Shown: positions 23,184 through 34,168 of the stretch, in pieces
How positions within the stretch are numbered: the stretch's first letter is position 1
How the letters are laid out: each line of letters starts with the position of its first letter
Assembly: GCA_035499735.1 (NCBI GenBank)
Contig: DATJYC010000050.1
Span: 658-64,657, forward strand
DNA: 64,000 nt
DNA from: Burkholderiales bacterium
GTDB lineage: Bacteria; Pseudomonadota; Gammaproteobacteria; Burkholderiales; SG8-39
Reading direction: 5' to 3'
Notes under the pieces: model-generated
The model's database searches: none
Told to the model about the DNA's origin: nothing
What the model saw: only the letters and a program-made list of their open reading frames with translations
Program-made: the position numbers and the translations under genes

Positions 23184-23503
23184 GCGTTCGCGGTCGCTAC
23201 AGCCGAAGGCTGCGGCTCGGGACGACGGATATCGCTGCCCTGCTCGCTAGCGGGCGAGCGCTCAGGCGTCCAGGATTCAGCGTGCTTGTGCGTGCGAATG
23301 CCCTCGGTGCGCCCAGGCTAGGCCTAATTGTTCCGAAGCGCGTTTTTCCTCGCGCGGTTGACCGCAACCGGATGAAGCGCGTGCTCAGGGAGCTGTTTCG
23401 CACGCGGCAATCACGCCTCGGCAGCCGCGATATCCTGATTCGCGTGAGCTCGGGGAGGCTTTCGCTGGCCGAAGTCGAACAATGCCTAGTGGGACCCCAA
23501 TGA
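23180..23503 (+). CDS. rnpA: Ribonuclease P protein component
   Basis: Basic 107-aa protein with the RnpA motif ([25 protein letters not shown]). Position rpmH-rnpA-yidD-yidC. The start codon (TTG 23180, overlapping the rpmH stop) is uncertain. Confidence 0.88.
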   Translation: MSVRGRYSRRLRLGTTDIAALLASGRALRRPGFSVLVRANALGAPRLGLIVPKRVFPRAVDRNRMKRVLRELFRTRQSRLGSRDILIRVSSGRLSLAEVEQCLVGPQ

Positions 23504-23709
23504 GCCGGCTGCTGTCGCTTCTTGTGGCCGGCTACCGGTACGCGGTAAGCCCCTTGCTGGGGATGCACTGCCGCTTCCACCCGTCGTGCTCGGCGTACGC
23601 GCTCGAGGCGCTGGAGCGGCACGGCGCCGCCCGCGGCGGATGGCTGGCCCTCAGGCGGCTCGCGCGCTGCCACCCGTGGCACCCGGGCGGACACGACCCA
23701 GTCCCCTAG
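23500..23709 (+). CDS. yidD: Membrane protein insertion efficiency factor YidD
   Basis: [31 protein letters not shown]...[17 protein letters not shown] 23500 forms an ATGA overlap with the rnpA stop. Confidence 0.92.
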   Translation: MSRLLSLLVAGYRYAVSPLLGMHCRFHPSCSAYALEALERHGAARGGWLALRRLARCHPWHPGGHDPVP

Positions 23710-23721
23710 ATCGAAGCGCAA

Positions 23722-25359
23722 ATGGATACGCAGCGCCTCATTCTCTTCGTCGTATTCTCCTTCTCCCTGCTGCTTCTGTGGGAGGCCTGGCAGAAGGAGT
23801 CGAAGCCGCCGACCCAGGGCGCGTCGACGGGTCAGAGTGCGGTTCCGACGCCGAGCGCGCGCAGCGACGCGCCCGCGCCAGGCGCGCGGGCGGACGTTCC
23901 GTCGGCGGCGACATCCGCGGCCGGACCACGGGAGCGCATCCGGGTAGTGACCGACATGGTGGTCGCCGAGATCGACACGCTCGGCGGCGACATCAATTAC
24001 CTGGAGTTGCTGAAGCAGAAGGATTCCCGGGACGAGGCGAAAGACATCGTCCTTCTGGGTCCGGAGCACCGGTACGCCGCCCAGAGCGGCCTGATCGGTG
24101 CAGGGCTGCCCAATCACAGGACAGTATTTCGCGCGCAGGGCAAGGAGTTCGCGCTCGCGCCGGGTCAGGACAGGCTGGAAGTCAGGCTCGCGGCAGCAGG
24201 CCAGGGCGTGAAGGTCACAAAGATCGTCACGTTTCACCGTGGAAGCTATCGCATCGATGTCGCCGAGGAGATCGCGAACGGGACTTCGGCACCGCTGTCC
24301 ACGGACGCGTACTTTCAGCTGACCCGCGACGGCGAGTCGCCGGGCGGCGATCCGTACATGACGAAGACCTACACCGGCGCCGCCGTCTATACGGAGCGCG
24401 ACAAGTTCCAGAAGGTCACGTTCGATGACATCGCCAAGGGCAAGGTCGCGTACCCGAAGACCGCCGACAACGGCTGGATCGCGATGATCCAGCACTATTT
24501 CGTCGCGGCTCTGCTGCCGCCGGAGAAAGCGCAACGCGAGTACTACACGCGCAAGCTGGACGCTGATCTCTACTCGATCGGCGTAATCGTCCCGGTCGGC
24601 CCGATCGCGCCTGGCGCCACGGCCCGGGTCGACGTGCCGCTCTACGCCGGACCCCAGGACCAGGATCACCTGCAATCCGTCGCACCGGGCCTGCAATTGG
24701 TGGTCGACTACGGCTGGCTCACCGTGATCGCTGCCCCGCTGTTCTGGGTCCTCAAGCTCTTTCACGGCTGGCTCGCGAACTGGGGCCTCGCGATCATTCT
24801 GCTCACCGTCGTCATAAAGCTGATTTTCTTTCCCCTCTCGGCGGCGAGCTATCGCTCGATGGCGAAGATGAAACTCGTCACTCCGCGCCTCATGAAACTG
24901 CGCGAACAGTACGGCGACGACAAGGTCAAGATGAACCAGGCGATGATGGAGCTGTACAAGACCGAGAAGATCAATCCCCTCGGAGGATGCCTGCCGATTC
25001 TCGTGCAGATACCAGTGTTCATCTCGCTCTATTGGGTGCTGTTCGAGAGCGTCGAGCTCCGACACGCCCCATTCTACCTGTGGATCAGGGATCTCTCCGC
25101 GCCCGACCCTTGGTACGTGCTGCCGACCCTGATGATGGTCTCGATGATCGTTCAGACGAAGATGAATCCCACGCCGCCCGATCCGGTCCAGGCCAAGGTC
25201 ATGATGATCATGCCGCTGGTGTTCGGCGTGATGTTCTATTTCTTCCCGTCCGGCTTGGTGCTCTACTGGTTCGTCAACAACATCCTGTCGATCCTCCAGC
25301 AATGGCAGATCACGCGGATGATCGGGGGAGCCAAGGCCGCGGCGGGCGCCAAGCGCTGA
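23722..25359 (+). CDS. yidC: Membrane protein insertase YidC
   Basis: 545 aa with N-terminal TM, large periplasmic domain, and conserved C-terminal core ([20 protein letters not shown]...[18 protein letters not shown]...[19 protein letters not shown]). Confidence 0.97.
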   Translation: MDTQRLILFVVFSFSLLLLWEAWQKESKPPTQGASTGQSAVPTPSARSDAPAPGARADVPSAATSAAGPRERIRVVTDMVVAEIDTLGGDINYLELLKQKDSRDEAKDIVLLGPEHRYAAQSGLIGAGLPNHRTVFRAQGKEFALAPGQDRLEVRLAAAGQGVKVTKIVTFHRGSYRIDVAEEIANGTSAPLSTDAYFQLTRDGESPGGDPYMTKTYTGAAVYTERDKFQKVTFDDIAKGKVAYPKTADNGWIAMIQHYFVAALLPPEKAQREYYTRKLDADLYSIGVIVPVGPIAPGATARVDVPLYAGPQDQDHLQSVAPGLQLVVDYGWLTVIAAPLFWVLKLFHGWLANWGLAIILLTVVIKLIFFPLSAASYRSMAKMKLVTPRLMKLREQYGDDKVKMNQAMMELYKTEKINPLGGCLPILVQIPVFISLYWVLFESVELRHAPFYLWIRDLSAPDPWYVLPTLMMVSMIVQTKMNPTPPDPVQAKVMMIMPLVFGVMFYFFPSGLVLYWFVNNILSILQQWQITRMIGGAKAAAGAKR

Positions 25360-25402
25360 GCCGCGGCCCGCGCGGGCCGAGAGGGGTGCCCGAGCAGCGA
25401 CC

Positions 25403-26752
25403 ATGGCAACACCGTCCGATACCGATGTCATCGCGGCGATCGCGACCGCCAGCGGCAGGGCGGGCATTGGAATCGTCCGCCTTTCGGGAAGGAACCTGAG
25501 ACCGCTCGCAGCGCAGCTCCTGGGCGCTGTGCCCGCGCCGCGCGTGGCTACGCGAGCCGCTTTCAGGGGGCCGGGTGGGGAACCGCTCGACGACGGCATC
25601 GCCCTTTTTTTCCCGGAGCCCACTTCGTATACAGGCGAGGACGTGCTGGAGCTTCAGGGGCACGGCGGTCCGGTCGTGCTTCAGCTCATCCTGCGCCGCT
25701 GTCTCGAGCTCGGCGCGCGGCTGGCCGAGCCCGGGGAATTCAGCCGGCGGGCGTTTCTGAACGACAAGCTCGACCTCGTCCAAGCCGAGGGGGTGGCGGA
25801 CCTCATCGACGCCGCGACCGAAGCCGCGGCGCGATGTGCGCTGCGGTCTCTGCGCGGGGAATTCTCCGAGTGCATCCGCGCCCTGGTGCGCCAGCTCGTC
25901 GAGCTGCGCGTCCTGGTCGAGGCGACGCTCGACTTCCCCGAGGAAGACCTGGATCCCATGGACCGCGAGGATGCGCGCTTGCGTCTTTCGCGGCTGCAGC
26001 AGGACCTGGAACGCGCGCTCGCGCTAGGGCGCCAGGGGAGCGTGCTGCGCAGCGGGCTCCAAGTGGTTCTCGCGGGCCAGCCCAACGTGGGCAAATCGTC
26101 GCTTCTGAATCGGCTGGCAGGGGAGGATCTGGCCATCGTCACCGAGATCCCGGGAACGACGCGGGACGCGGTACGCCAGACGATCCAGATCGAGGGTGTT
26201 CCCATGAGCATCATCGACACCGCCGGGCTGCGCGACACCCACGATCCCGTCGAAGCGATAGGGGTCGCGCGCGCATGGGAGACGATCGCGCAAGCGGATG
26301 CGATGCTGCTCATCGTCGACGCCCGCGAGGGAGTGACCGCGGCCGACGAAATGATCGCGCGGAAGCTTCCGGGCGGGCTCACGCCGGTGACGGTGTTCAA
26401 CAAGATCGATCTTTCCGGCGACGCACCCGGCACGCAGGTAGAGAACGACCGCCGGCGCGTCTATCTCTCGGCCAAGACCGGAGCCGGGATCGAAGGTTTG
26501 CGCGGTACGCTGCTCAGGCTCGCGGGGTGGCAATCGGAAGGCGGACATGTCTTCATGGCGCGCGAGCGGCATCTGGTCGCGCTGGAGCGCGCCGCGGCTG
26601 CGCTGCATCGAGCGGGGCACGGGTCCGGTCGCACCGAGCTGCTCGCGGAGGAGCTGCGGGTAGCGCAGCGCGAGCTCGGCGCAATCACCGGTGAAGTATC
26701 CGCCGACGACTTGCTCGGGGAGATCTTCGCGCGCTTTTGCATCGGAAAGTAG
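25403..26752 (+). CDS. mnmE: tRNA modification GTPase MnmE
   Basis: [22 protein letters not shown]; G-domain [23 protein letters not shown]; C-terminal CIGK tetrapeptide. Confidence 0.97.
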   Translation: MATPSDTDVIAAIATASGRAGIGIVRLSGRNLRPLAAQLLGAVPAPRVATRAAFRGPGGEPLDDGIALFFPEPTSYTGEDVLELQGHGGPVVLQLILRRCLELGARLAEPGEFSRRAFLNDKLDLVQAEGVADLIDAATEAAARCALRSLRGEFSECIRALVRQLVELRVLVEATLDFPEEDLDPMDREDARLRLSRLQQDLERALALGRQGSVLRSGLQVVLAGQPNVGKSSLLNRLAGEDLAIVTEIPGTTRDAVRQTIQIEGVPMSIIDTAGLRDTHDPVEAIGVARAWETIAQADAMLLIVDAREGVTAADEMIARKLPGGLTPVTVFNKIDLSGDAPGTQVENDRRRVYLSAKTGAGIEGLRGTLLRLAGWQSEGGHVFMARERHLVALERAAAALHRAGHGSGRTELLAEELRVAQRELGAITGEVSADDLLGEIFARFCIGK

Positions 26753-26760
26753 GCGAGCCG

Positions 26761-27798
26761 ATGAGATCCCGACCCGTGCTCGGTGCGCTCGCGCTTTGTG
26801 CCGCGAGCGGCGCGGCGTTCAGCTTGCTGCGCGCGCCGCTTCCGTGGATGCTCGGGCCCCTGTTCGCCATGGCGCTGGGCAGATTTGTCGGCGTGGGAAT
26901 CGCGGCTCCCCCCGGGGGGAGGGCGGCGGGTCAGTTGATCATCGCCTGCGCGCTGGGACTGTATTTCACCCCGGCGGTCGGGGTCCAGGTTGTCGCGCAT
27001 TGGTACCTCCTGCTGGCGGCCGCGCTGCTTGCCGTGCTGCTCGCCTGTGCGAGCGGGTGGTTTCTCACGCGCAGCGCGGGGCTGGACGGCACGACAGCGC
27101 TGTTCGCGAGCGTGCCGGGGGGCGCGGCGGAGATGACCATACTCGGGGAGCGGTTCGGCGCACGTCCCGACCGCGTGGTGGTTGCGCAGGCGCTTCGTGT
27201 GCTCATCGTCGTGCTCGTTGTGCCCTTCGGCTTCACGGCCCTCGGCCTGCATGGCGCCGATGTCTATCGGCCCGCGCAGTACGCGGTCGACGGTCTCGGC
27301 CTTGCGGCCCTGCTGGGCGCCGCTGCCGCAGGGGGCGCTGCGCTCGCGAGCCTGCGGGTCCCGAATGCTTGGATGCTCGGGCCCCTTGCAGTGACGGCGG
27401 CGCTCACCTTGGGCGAGGTCAGCCTGTCTGCGATTCCCACCTGGCTGTCGAACGCGGCCCAACTCCTCCTCGGTTGCGCGCTCGGATCGAGCTTCGAGCG
27501 CGAATCGCTCAGGACATCGCCACGCTTCATCGGCCTTGTCTTTGTCTCCGTGGGGTTCGCGATGGCGGCATCCGCCCTGGCCGCGTGGGGCCTGGCTTCG
27601 ACAGGAACGGTGCCCGTCGCAACCATGGTGCTCGCGACGGCGCCTGGTGGAATGGCGGAGATGTGCGTCACCGCCAAGGTCCTGCAGCTGGGTGTCCCCT
27701 TGGTCACGGCTGCACATGTGACGCGGGTCATCATCCTGGTAACGACCACGGCGCCCATGTTTCGGCTGGCTAACCGGCTGAGACGAGCCTGGCGTTGA
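26761..27798 (+). CDS. AbrB-duplication family membrane protein (often annotated 'AbrB family regulator' or 'putative ammonia monooxygenase')
   Basis: About 345 aa, polytopic, with an internal duplication bearing PGG..EM motifs (SVPGGAAEMTILGE and TAPGGMAEMCVTAK). Confidence 0.75.
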   Translation: MRSRPVLGALALCAASGAAFSLLRAPLPWMLGPLFAMALGRFVGVGIAAPPGGRAAGQLIIACALGLYFTPAVGVQVVAHWYLLLAAALLAVLLACASGWFLTRSAGLDGTTALFASVPGGAAEMTILGERFGARPDRVVVAQALRVLIVVLVVPFGFTALGLHGADVYRPAQYAVDGLGLAALLGAAAAGGAALASLRVPNAWMLGPLAVTAALTLGEVSLSAIPTWLSNAAQLLLGCALGSSFERESLRTSPRFIGLVFVSVGFAMAASALAAWGLASTGTVPVATMVLATAPGGMAEMCVTAKVLQLGVPLVTAAHVTRVIILVTTTAPMFRLANRLRRAWR

Positions 27799-27943
27799 TC
27801 GGATGGGAACATTGATTCTAGGTAATTGTTTAATATCGATTTTTTAATGTGGCCGCGGATCATGCTAGAGTTCGGTCCCTTACCAATTCTGTTCGGCCGA
27901 GGGTGTGGCGATCACCCGAAGCCGCTATCGCGAGGCCCCAGGG

Positions 27944-29776
27944 ATGAACCAGCCATACGTTGCCGCTATTGATATCGGCGCACCTGCCCACGTCCAGCAC
28001 GCTGGCGTCAAGGAATGGGTCGCGCGTATCGCAGCGCTGACGAAGCCGGACCGCATTCAGTGGTGTGACGGCTCCAAGCAGGAATACGACCGCCTGTGTG
28101 CGGAGATGGTGGAATCCGGCACGCTCAGGGCGCTCAATCCCAAGCTACGCCCTGGCTGCTTTCTCGCGCTCTCAGACCCGAATGACGTCGCGCGGACCGA
28201 AGACCGGACGTTCATCTGCTCCGAGCGCAAGGAAGATGCGGGGCCGACGAACAACTGGGTCGATCCGCGGGAGATGCGCGGAACGCTGGACAAGCTCTTC
28301 GATGGCTGCATGCGCGGCCGGACGTTGTACGTGGTTCCGTTCTCGATGGGACCCCTGGGTTCGCACATCGCCCACATCGGGATCGAGCTGACCGATTCTC
28401 CGTATGTGGTCGTCAGCATGCGCATCATGACGCGTATGTCCAAGAAAGTATGGGAGATTCTCGGAAAGAACGGCCAATTTGTTCCCTGCATTCATTCAGT
28501 CGGCGCCCCCCTCGCCCCTGGTCAGAAGGACGTGCAGTGGCCGTGCAGCAAGGAGCACCGATACATCGTCCATTACCCCGAAAGGAAGGAGATCTGGTCG
28601 TTCGGATCGGGGTATGGGGGAAACGCGCTCCTCGGCAAGAAATGTTTTTCGCTGCGCATCGCGTCGGTCATGGGACGGGAACAAGGCTGGCTCGCCGAGC
28701 ACATGCTGATCCTCGGTGTGACGCCGCCGTCTGGCGAGAAGATCTATGTGAGCGCGGCTTTTCCTTCGGCCTGCGGAAAGACCAATTTCGCGATGCTGAT
28801 CCCGCCCGAGGCGTTCCGCGGCTGGCAGGTTTCTACGGTTGGGGAAGACATCGCGTGGATCAAGCCCGGCAAGGATGGTCGCTTCTATGCGATCAACCCG
28901 GAGTCCGGCGTATTTGGAGTGGCGCCCGGAACCTCGGCGAAGACCAACCCTAACTGCATGAAGATGATCGAGAAGGATACGATCTTCACCAACGTCGCAT
29001 TGACGCCCGATGGCGATGTCTGGTGGGAAGGGATGACCGAGACACCCCCTGCGCGCTTGATCGACTGGCAGGGCAAGGAGTGGACGCCTGATTGCGGCCG
29101 TAAGGCGGCGCACCCCAACGCGCGCTTCACCGTGCTGGCGTCGCAGTGCCCATCGATCGATTCTGCCTGGGAAGATCCCCAAGGCGTGCCGATCTCGGCT
29201 TTCGTGTTCGGGGGCCGCCGCTCGGACACTGTTCCGCTCGTAGCCGAGACCTTCGACTGGGATTCGGGGGTCTACGCGGCCGCGACCATGGGCTCGGAAA
29301 CCACCGCTGCCGCGACCGGCAAGGTCGGGGTGGTGCGCCGTGACCCCATGGCGATGATCCCCTTCGTGGGATACAACATGGGCGATTACTTCAACCACTG
29401 GCTCAAGCTCGGGCGCAGCGTACCCAGGCGTCCGCGCATCTTTTGCGTCAACTGGTTCCGCACCGACGCATCGGGCAAGTTCGTGTGGCCGGGGTTCCGC
29501 GAGAACATGCGCGTGCTGAAGTGGATCGTCGAGCGCTGCCAGGGCAAGGCGGGCGGCGTGAAGACTCCGATCGGGCACGTCCCGGCGTTTGCCGACCTCG
29601 AGTGGAAGGGACTCGAGGCCTTCACCGGGGACAAGTACCAGCGCGTCAGCTCCGTGGATGCGCGCGAGTGGAAGCGCGAGCTGAAGCTGCACGACGAGCT
29701 GCTGAAAATGCTGGGCAACCGGCTGCCTGAGGAGCTGGCTTCGCGTCGTTCGGAGCTCGAGCGCTCCCTAAACTGA
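27944..29776 (+). CDS. pckG: Phosphoenolpyruvate carboxykinase (GTP)
   Basis: GTP-PEPCK motifs: [56 protein letters not shown]. Start at ATG 27944, preceded by GAGG. Confidence 0.95.
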   Translation: MNQPYVAAIDIGAPAHVQHAGVKEWVARIAALTKPDRIQWCDGSKQEYDRLCAEMVESGTLRALNPKLRPGCFLALSDPNDVARTEDRTFICSERKEDAGPTNNWVDPREMRGTLDKLFDGCMRGRTLYVVPFSMGPLGSHIAHIGIELTDSPYVVVSMRIMTRMSKKVWEILGKNGQFVPCIHSVGAPLAPGQKDVQWPCSKEHRYIVHYPERKEIWSFGSGYGGNALLGKKCFSLRIASVMGREQGWLAEHMLILGVTPPSGEKIYVSAAFPSACGKTNFAMLIPPEAFRGWQVSTVGEDIAWIKPGKDGRFYAINPESGVFGVAPGTSAKTNPNCMKMIEKDTIFTNVALTPDGDVWWEGMTETPPARLIDWQGKEWTPDCGRKAAHPNARFTVLASQCPSIDSAWEDPQGVPISAFVFGGRRSDTVPLVAETFDWDSGVYAAATMGSETTAAATGKVGVVRRDPMAMIPFVGYNMGDYFNHWLKLGRSVPRRPRIFCVNWFRTDASGKFVWPGFRENMRVLKWIVERCQGKAGGVKTPIGHVPAFADLEWKGLEAFTGDKYQRVSSVDAREWKRELKLHDELLKMLGNRLPEELASRRSELERSLN

Positions 29777-29797
29777 GCCTGCTCCAGGCGCCCGAAA

Positions 29798-29826
29798 AAG
29801 CCGTCTCCGCGACGGCTTCTTTCTTG
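29798..29826 (+). terminator. Rho-independent terminator after pckG
   Basis: AAGCCGTC (29798-29805), loop TCCGC, GACGGCTT (29811-29818), followed by CTTTCTT. Confidence 0.8.
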
Positions 29827-29876
29827 CGTGGAGAAACTCTGGGCTCCCTGTGCACAGCCGGTGGATGAGCTGTGGA

Positions 29877-29892
29877 TGTTCCACGTGAAACA
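29877..29892. promoter_or_regulatory. parS: parS centromere-like site (ParB binding)
   Basis: TGTTCCACGTGAAACA is an exact match to the chromosomal parS consensus TGTTNCACGTGAAACA. It lies 88 nt upstream of the mnmG-rsmG-parA-parB array. Confidence 0.88.
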
Positions 29893-29979
29893 ACGCGTTC
29901 CGCGGCGGGGGCTGGGTTTCTGTCCTTCGAAACTGCTATTTTCCCGCAGCGTTTGGCCTTAGAATTCGTCCGTTCTCCG

Positions 29980-31875
29980 ATGCGATTCCCCAATCATTTT
30001 GATGTGATCATCGTCGGCGGGGGCCATGCCGGCACCGAAGCCGCCCTTGCGTCCGCGCGCAGCGGGTGCAGCACGCTGCTCGTGACGCATAACCTTGAAA
30101 CTTTGGGACAAATGTCCTGTAACCCCTCGATTGGGGGTATCGGGAAGGGCCACCTCGTCAAGGAAATAGACGCGCTGGGCGGGGCGATGGCGATCGCGAC
30201 CGACGAGGCTGGGATCCAGTTCCGCATCCTCAACTCGTCGAAGGGGCCAGCCGTACGCGCGACACGGGCCCAGGCCGACCGGCTCCTTTACAAGCGCGCG
30301 ATCCGCTCGCGCCTCGAGAGCCAGCCGAACCTCACTCTGTTCCAGCAGGCTGTGGACGATCTGGTGCTCGAAGGCGACCGGGTGGGCGGAGTCGTGACGC
30401 AATTGGGTGCGCGATTCAGTGCGCGCTGCGTAGTCCTCACCACGGGCACTTTTCTGTCCGGCCTCGTGCATATTGGCCTGACCAACTACCAAGCGGGCCG
30501 CGCGGGCGATCCGCCCTCGCTCAGCCTTGCAGGGCGCCTGCGTGAGCTCAAGCTTCCGGTAGGCCGACTGAAGACAGGGACGCCGCCGAGGCTCGACGGC
30601 AGGACAATCGATTTCTCGGTGATGAAGCCGCAGCCCGGCGACGAACCTGTGCCGATATTCTCGTTCCTCGGCACGCGGGAGATGCATCCCGGCCAGCTGC
30701 CCTGCTGGATCACGCACACGAATCCGCGAACGCACGAGATCATCCGGGGCGGGCTCGACCGCTCGCCGATGTATACCGGCGTGATCGAGGGGATCGGTCC
30801 GCGCTACTGCCCGTCGATCGAGGACAAGATCCATCGCTTTGCCGAGAAGTCCAGCCATCAGATTTTCCTCGAGCCCGAGGGTCTCACGACCAACGAGTTC
30901 TACCCAAACGGGATCTCGACGAGCCTCCCGTTCGACGTGCAGATCGAGCTGGTGCGGAGCATTCGCGGATTGGAAAGTGCTCACCTGCTGCGGCCGGGAT
31001 ACGCGATCGAGTACGACTACTACGATCCGCGCCACCTGAAGTCGTCGCTCGAGACCAAGCCGATCTCCGGTCTGTTCTTCGCCGGGCAGATCAACGGCAC
31101 GACGGGCTACGAGGAGGCCGCGGCACAGGGCGTTCTCGCCGGGATCAACGCTGCGCGCCTTGCAAAGGGCGAGGCGGCTTGGTGTCCGAGGCGAGACGAG
31201 GCATACCTGGGCGTTCTTGTCGACGACCTGATCACCCGCGGAGTCAGCGAGCCCTACCGCATGTTCACTAGCCGTGCCGAATACCGTCTGATGCTCCGCG
31301 AGGACAACGCGGACCTGCGTCTCACCGAGACCGGCCGCAGGCTCGGAGTCGTAGATGACGAGCGCTGGGACGCCTTCAGCCGCAAGCGCGACGCCATCTC
31401 GCGCGAGCAGGAACGGCTGAAGTCCACGTGGGTTGGCCCGAAGACGGTGGCACCCGGCGTCGCGGAGCGCGTGCTCGGCTGCGCACTCGAGCGCGAATAC
31501 TCGCTGATGGATCTGCTCAAGCGGCCCGAAGCGAGCTATGCATCCCTTGGCGAACTCTCGGGAGCTGCGGGTGCGGTGGAAGATGCCGTGGTCGCGGCGC
31601 AGGTGGAGATCCAAGCCAAGTACCAGGGCTACGTGGCGCGCCAGCGCGAGGAGATCGAGCGTCACGAGCGCTACGAGTCGCTCACGCTTCCTTGCGATCT
31701 CGATTACGACCAAGTGCGCGGGCTCTCAACCGAAGCGCGGCAGAAGCTGAAGCAGCATCGGCCGGAGACGATAGGGCAGGCTTCGCGGATCTCTGGAATC
31801 ACCCCGGCCGCGATCTCTCTGCTGCTGGTGCACCTGAAGCGGCGTGCCGGGATGCAGGAAAGAACCGCGGCATGA
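29980..31875 (+). CDS. mnmG: tRNA uridine 5-carboxymethylaminomethyl modification enzyme MnmG (GidA)
   Basis: [22 protein letters not shown]...[23 protein letters not shown]...[11 protein letters not shown]. Start at ATG 29980; the track ORF starts 36 codons upstream. Confidence 0.97.
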   Translation: MRFPNHFDVIIVGGGHAGTEAALASARSGCSTLLVTHNLETLGQMSCNPSIGGIGKGHLVKEIDALGGAMAIATDEAGIQFRILNSSKGPAVRATRAQADRLLYKRAIRSRLESQPNLTLFQQAVDDLVLEGDRVGGVVTQLGARFSARCVVLTTGTFLSGLVHIGLTNYQAGRAGDPPSLSLAGRLRELKLPVGRLKTGTPPRLDGRTIDFSVMKPQPGDEPVPIFSFLGTREMHPGQLPCWITHTNPRTHEIIRGGLDRSPMYTGVIEGIGPRYCPSIEDKIHRFAEKSSHQIFLEPEGLTTNEFYPNGISTSLPFDVQIELVRSIRGLESAHLLRPGYAIEYDYYDPRHLKSSLETKPISGLFFAGQINGTTGYEEAAAQGVLAGINAARLAKGEAAWCPRRDEAYLGVLVDDLITRGVSEPYRMFTSRAEYRLMLREDNADLRLTETGRRLGVVDDERWDAFSRKRDAISREQERLKSTWVGPKTVAPGVAERVLGCALEREYSLMDLLKRPEASYASLGELSGAAGAVEDAVVAAQVEIQAKYQGYVARQREEIERHERYESLTLPCDLDYDQVRGLSTEARQKLKQHRPETIGQASRISGITPAAISLLLVHLKRRAGMQERTAA

Positions 31876-32522
31876 TGGCTCTCGCCGCGGTGTCGCAGGA
31901 CGTGCTGGGCAAGCAGCTTGAGCACGGCATGCGAGCTCTGGGGCTCGAGACGAGCAACGAGGTCCGGCAACGGCTGCTACAGCACCTCGAATTGCTCGAC
32001 AAATGGAATCGGGTCCACAACCTGACCTCCATACGGGACAGGGCAAAAGCGGTGAGTGTGCACATACTTGACAGCCTGACCATCGTCCCGTACCTGCAGG
32101 GCAAGCGGCTGCTGGACGCGGGCAGCGGCGCGGGGTACCCGGGGATTCCCATCGCTCTGGTCAAACCGGACATCGAGGTGGATCTTCTCGACAGCAATCA
32201 TAAGAAGTGCGCCTTTCTCAGGCAGGCGGTCGCCGAGCTGGGATTGAAAAACGTCCAGATCGTCTGCGAACGGCTCGAGTCGTGGCGCCCCTCGGAGCGT
32301 TTCGACTGCGTGGTCTCGCGCGCCGTTGCCGAGATCGCTGAGGTCATCGGCCTCGTCCACCATCTGCTCGCGCCCGGGGGCGTGATCGCGGCGATGAAGG
32401 GCCTGCATCCCTTCGAGGAGATTGAGCGGATTCCGCCCGGGTATCGCGTGCGCCAAGTCCATGCGCTTACCGTGCCAGGCCTCGACGCCAAACGGCACCT
32501 GGTGTTGATCGAGCGCGCATGA
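31872..32522 (+). CDS. rsmG: 16S rRNA (guanine527-N7)-methyltransferase RsmG (GidB)
   Basis: [16 protein letters not shown]...[17 protein letters not shown]...SRAVA; ATGA overlap with the mnmG stop. Confidence 0.95.
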   Translation: MMALAAVSQDVLGKQLEHGMRALGLETSNEVRQRLLQHLELLDKWNRVHNLTSIRDRAKAVSVHILDSLTIVPYLQGKRLLDAGSGAGYPGIPIALVKPDIEVDLLDSNHKKCAFLRQAVAELGLKNVQIVCERLESWRPSERFDCVVSRAVAEIAEVIGLVHHLLAPGGVIAAMKGLHPFEEIERIPPGYRVRQVHALTVPGLDAKRHLVLIERA

Positions 32523-33301
32523 CGCGGATCCTGGCCGTCACGAATCAGAAGGGCGGGGTCGGAAAGACCACGACCAGCGTCAACCTCGCGGCGGGACTGG
32601 CGCAGTCCGGAAAGCGCGTACTGCTCGTGGACCTCGATCCCCAGGGGAACGCCACGATGGGAAGCGGCGTCGACAAGCGGGCGCTCAAGACGTCCGTCTA
32701 CCAGGTGTTGCTGGGACTGGCGACTGCGGAGTCGGCGCGCCAGCGGTCCGAGGCCGGGGGCTACGACCTGATTCCCGCCAACCGCGATCTCGCCGGCGCG
32801 GAGGTCGAGCTCGTCGACCTCGAGCACCGCGAGTCCCGACTCAAGGGCGCGCTCCGCTCGATCGTGGACCAGTACGATTTCATTCTGCTCGACTGTCCCC
32901 CGTCGCTCAGCATGCTCACGGTGAACGCGCTCGTCGCCGCCCACGCCGTGATGATCCCCATGCAATGCGAGTACTACGCCCTCGAGGGATTGTCGGACCT
33001 GGTCAACACCATCAAGAAGGTGCGCCAGGGCCTGAATCCGAAGCTCGAAATCGAGGGGCTGCTGCGAACGATGTTCGACCCGCGCAACACGCTCGCGCAG
33101 CAGGTATCGGCGCAGCTCCAAGAGCATTTCGGCGACAAGGTGTACGCGACCGTAATCCCGCGCAACGTCCGCCTTGCCGAGGCGCCGAGCTTCGGCGCGC
33201 CCGCCGTCAAGCTCGACCGCGAATGCAAGGGCTCGCAGGCGTATGTCGAGTTGGTCGGCGAGATACTGTCACGCAATGGGCTCGAGGCGGCGGCGCAATG
33301 A
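32519..33301 (+). CDS. parA: Chromosome partitioning ATPase ParA (Soj)
   Basis: Deviant Walker A NQKGGVGKTTTSVNLA and DLDPQGNAT; ATGA overlaps on both sides. Confidence 0.96.
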   Translation: MTRILAVTNQKGGVGKTTTSVNLAAGLAQSGKRVLLVDLDPQGNATMGSGVDKRALKTSVYQVLLGLATAESARQRSEAGGYDLIPANRDLAGAEVELVDLEHRESRLKGALRSIVDQYDFILLDCPPSLSMLTVNALVAAHAVMIPMQCEYYALEGLSDLVNTIKKVRQGLNPKLEIEGLLRTMFDPRNTLAQQVSAQLQEHFGDKVYATVIPRNVRLAEAPSFGAPAVKLDRECKGSQAYVELVGEILSRNGLEAAAQ

Positions 33302-34158
33302 AGCTGAAGGGGCTGGGCAGGGGCCTCGACGCGCTGCTCGACCGCGACTCCGACGGCGCGCCCCTGGCCGAGCACCAGGCGACGCTCCGCGTCGAGCAGC
33401 TGCAGCGCGGCCGCTATCAGCCGCGCACGAAGATGGACGATGCCTCGCTGCAGGAACTCGCCGCTTCCATCAGGAAGCAAGGCCTGATGCAGCCGATCTT
33501 GGTGCGGCCCGTCAGCGGCGATCGTTACGAGATCATCGCAGGGGAGCGGCGCTGGCGCGCGGCGAAGATCGCTGGACTGGGCGAGGTGCCAGTGCTCGTG
33601 CGAGAAGTGCCGGACTCGGCCGCGCTCGCCATGGCGCTGGTCGAAAACATCCAGCGGGAGGACCTCAACCCGCTCGAGGAAGCGAATGGCGTGCAGCGGC
33701 TGATCGACGAGTTCAAGCTCACGCATCAGGAGGCCGCGGAGGCAATCGGCCGCTCCCGCACGGCGACGACCAATCTGCTGCGGCTCCGCAACCTCCAGAA
33801 GCCGGTGCAGGCGATGGTGTTCGACGGCAAGCTCGAAATGGGGCACGCACGCGCGCTGCTCGCGCTCGAAGGGCGCAGGCAGGAGTCGGTCGCGCGCCGT
33901 GTCGCCTCGCGCGCGCTCTCGGTGAGGCAGACGGAGGAACTGGTGAACGCGATCCTACACCCGGAGCCCAAGATGCGACGAAGGGTCGGCACGGATCGCG
34001 ATATCGCCCGCCTCGAGGAAGAGCTGTCCGAGGAGATCGGAACCACCATCCACATCAAACCGGCGAAAAAAGGCGGGGGCAAGCTGATCATCACATATTC
34101 GAGCCCGGAGCATCTGGACGATCTCCTGTCCGGATTCCGCCGCCGGCGGCCGTCCTGA
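33298..34158 (+). CDS. parB: Chromosome partitioning protein ParB (Spo0J)
   Basis: [10 protein letters not shown], ParB box [37 protein letters not shown]. Confidence 0.96.
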   Translation: MKLKGLGRGLDALLDRDSDGAPLAEHQATLRVEQLQRGRYQPRTKMDDASLQELAASIRKQGLMQPILVRPVSGDRYEIIAGERRWRAAKIAGLGEVPVLVREVPDSAALAMALVENIQREDLNPLEEANGVQRLIDEFKLTHQEAAEAIGRSRTATTNLLRLRNLQKPVQAMVFDGKLEMGHARALLALEGRRQESVARRVASRALSVRQTEELVNAILHPEPKMRRRVGTDRDIARLEEELSEEIGTTIHIKPAKKGGGKLIITYSSPEHLDDLLSGFRRRRPS

Positions 34159-34168
34159 GGCGCACGCC

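Noticed and set aside
23197-25623. 808-aa minus-strand ORF across rnpA-yidD-yidC-mnmE
   Set aside because: It is antisense to four universally conserved genes whose translations carry canonical motifs. The ORF product is low-complexity and Arg-rich.
29861-29879. GTGGATG x2 interpreted as DnaA boxes defining oriC next to mnmG (as in E. coli gidA-oriC)
   Set aside because: Each copy has 2 mismatches to TGTGGATAA. There are only two, with no AT-rich unwinding element, and the second overlaps what is clearly a parS site. I kept it as a curiosity under the parS finding, not as an oriC call.
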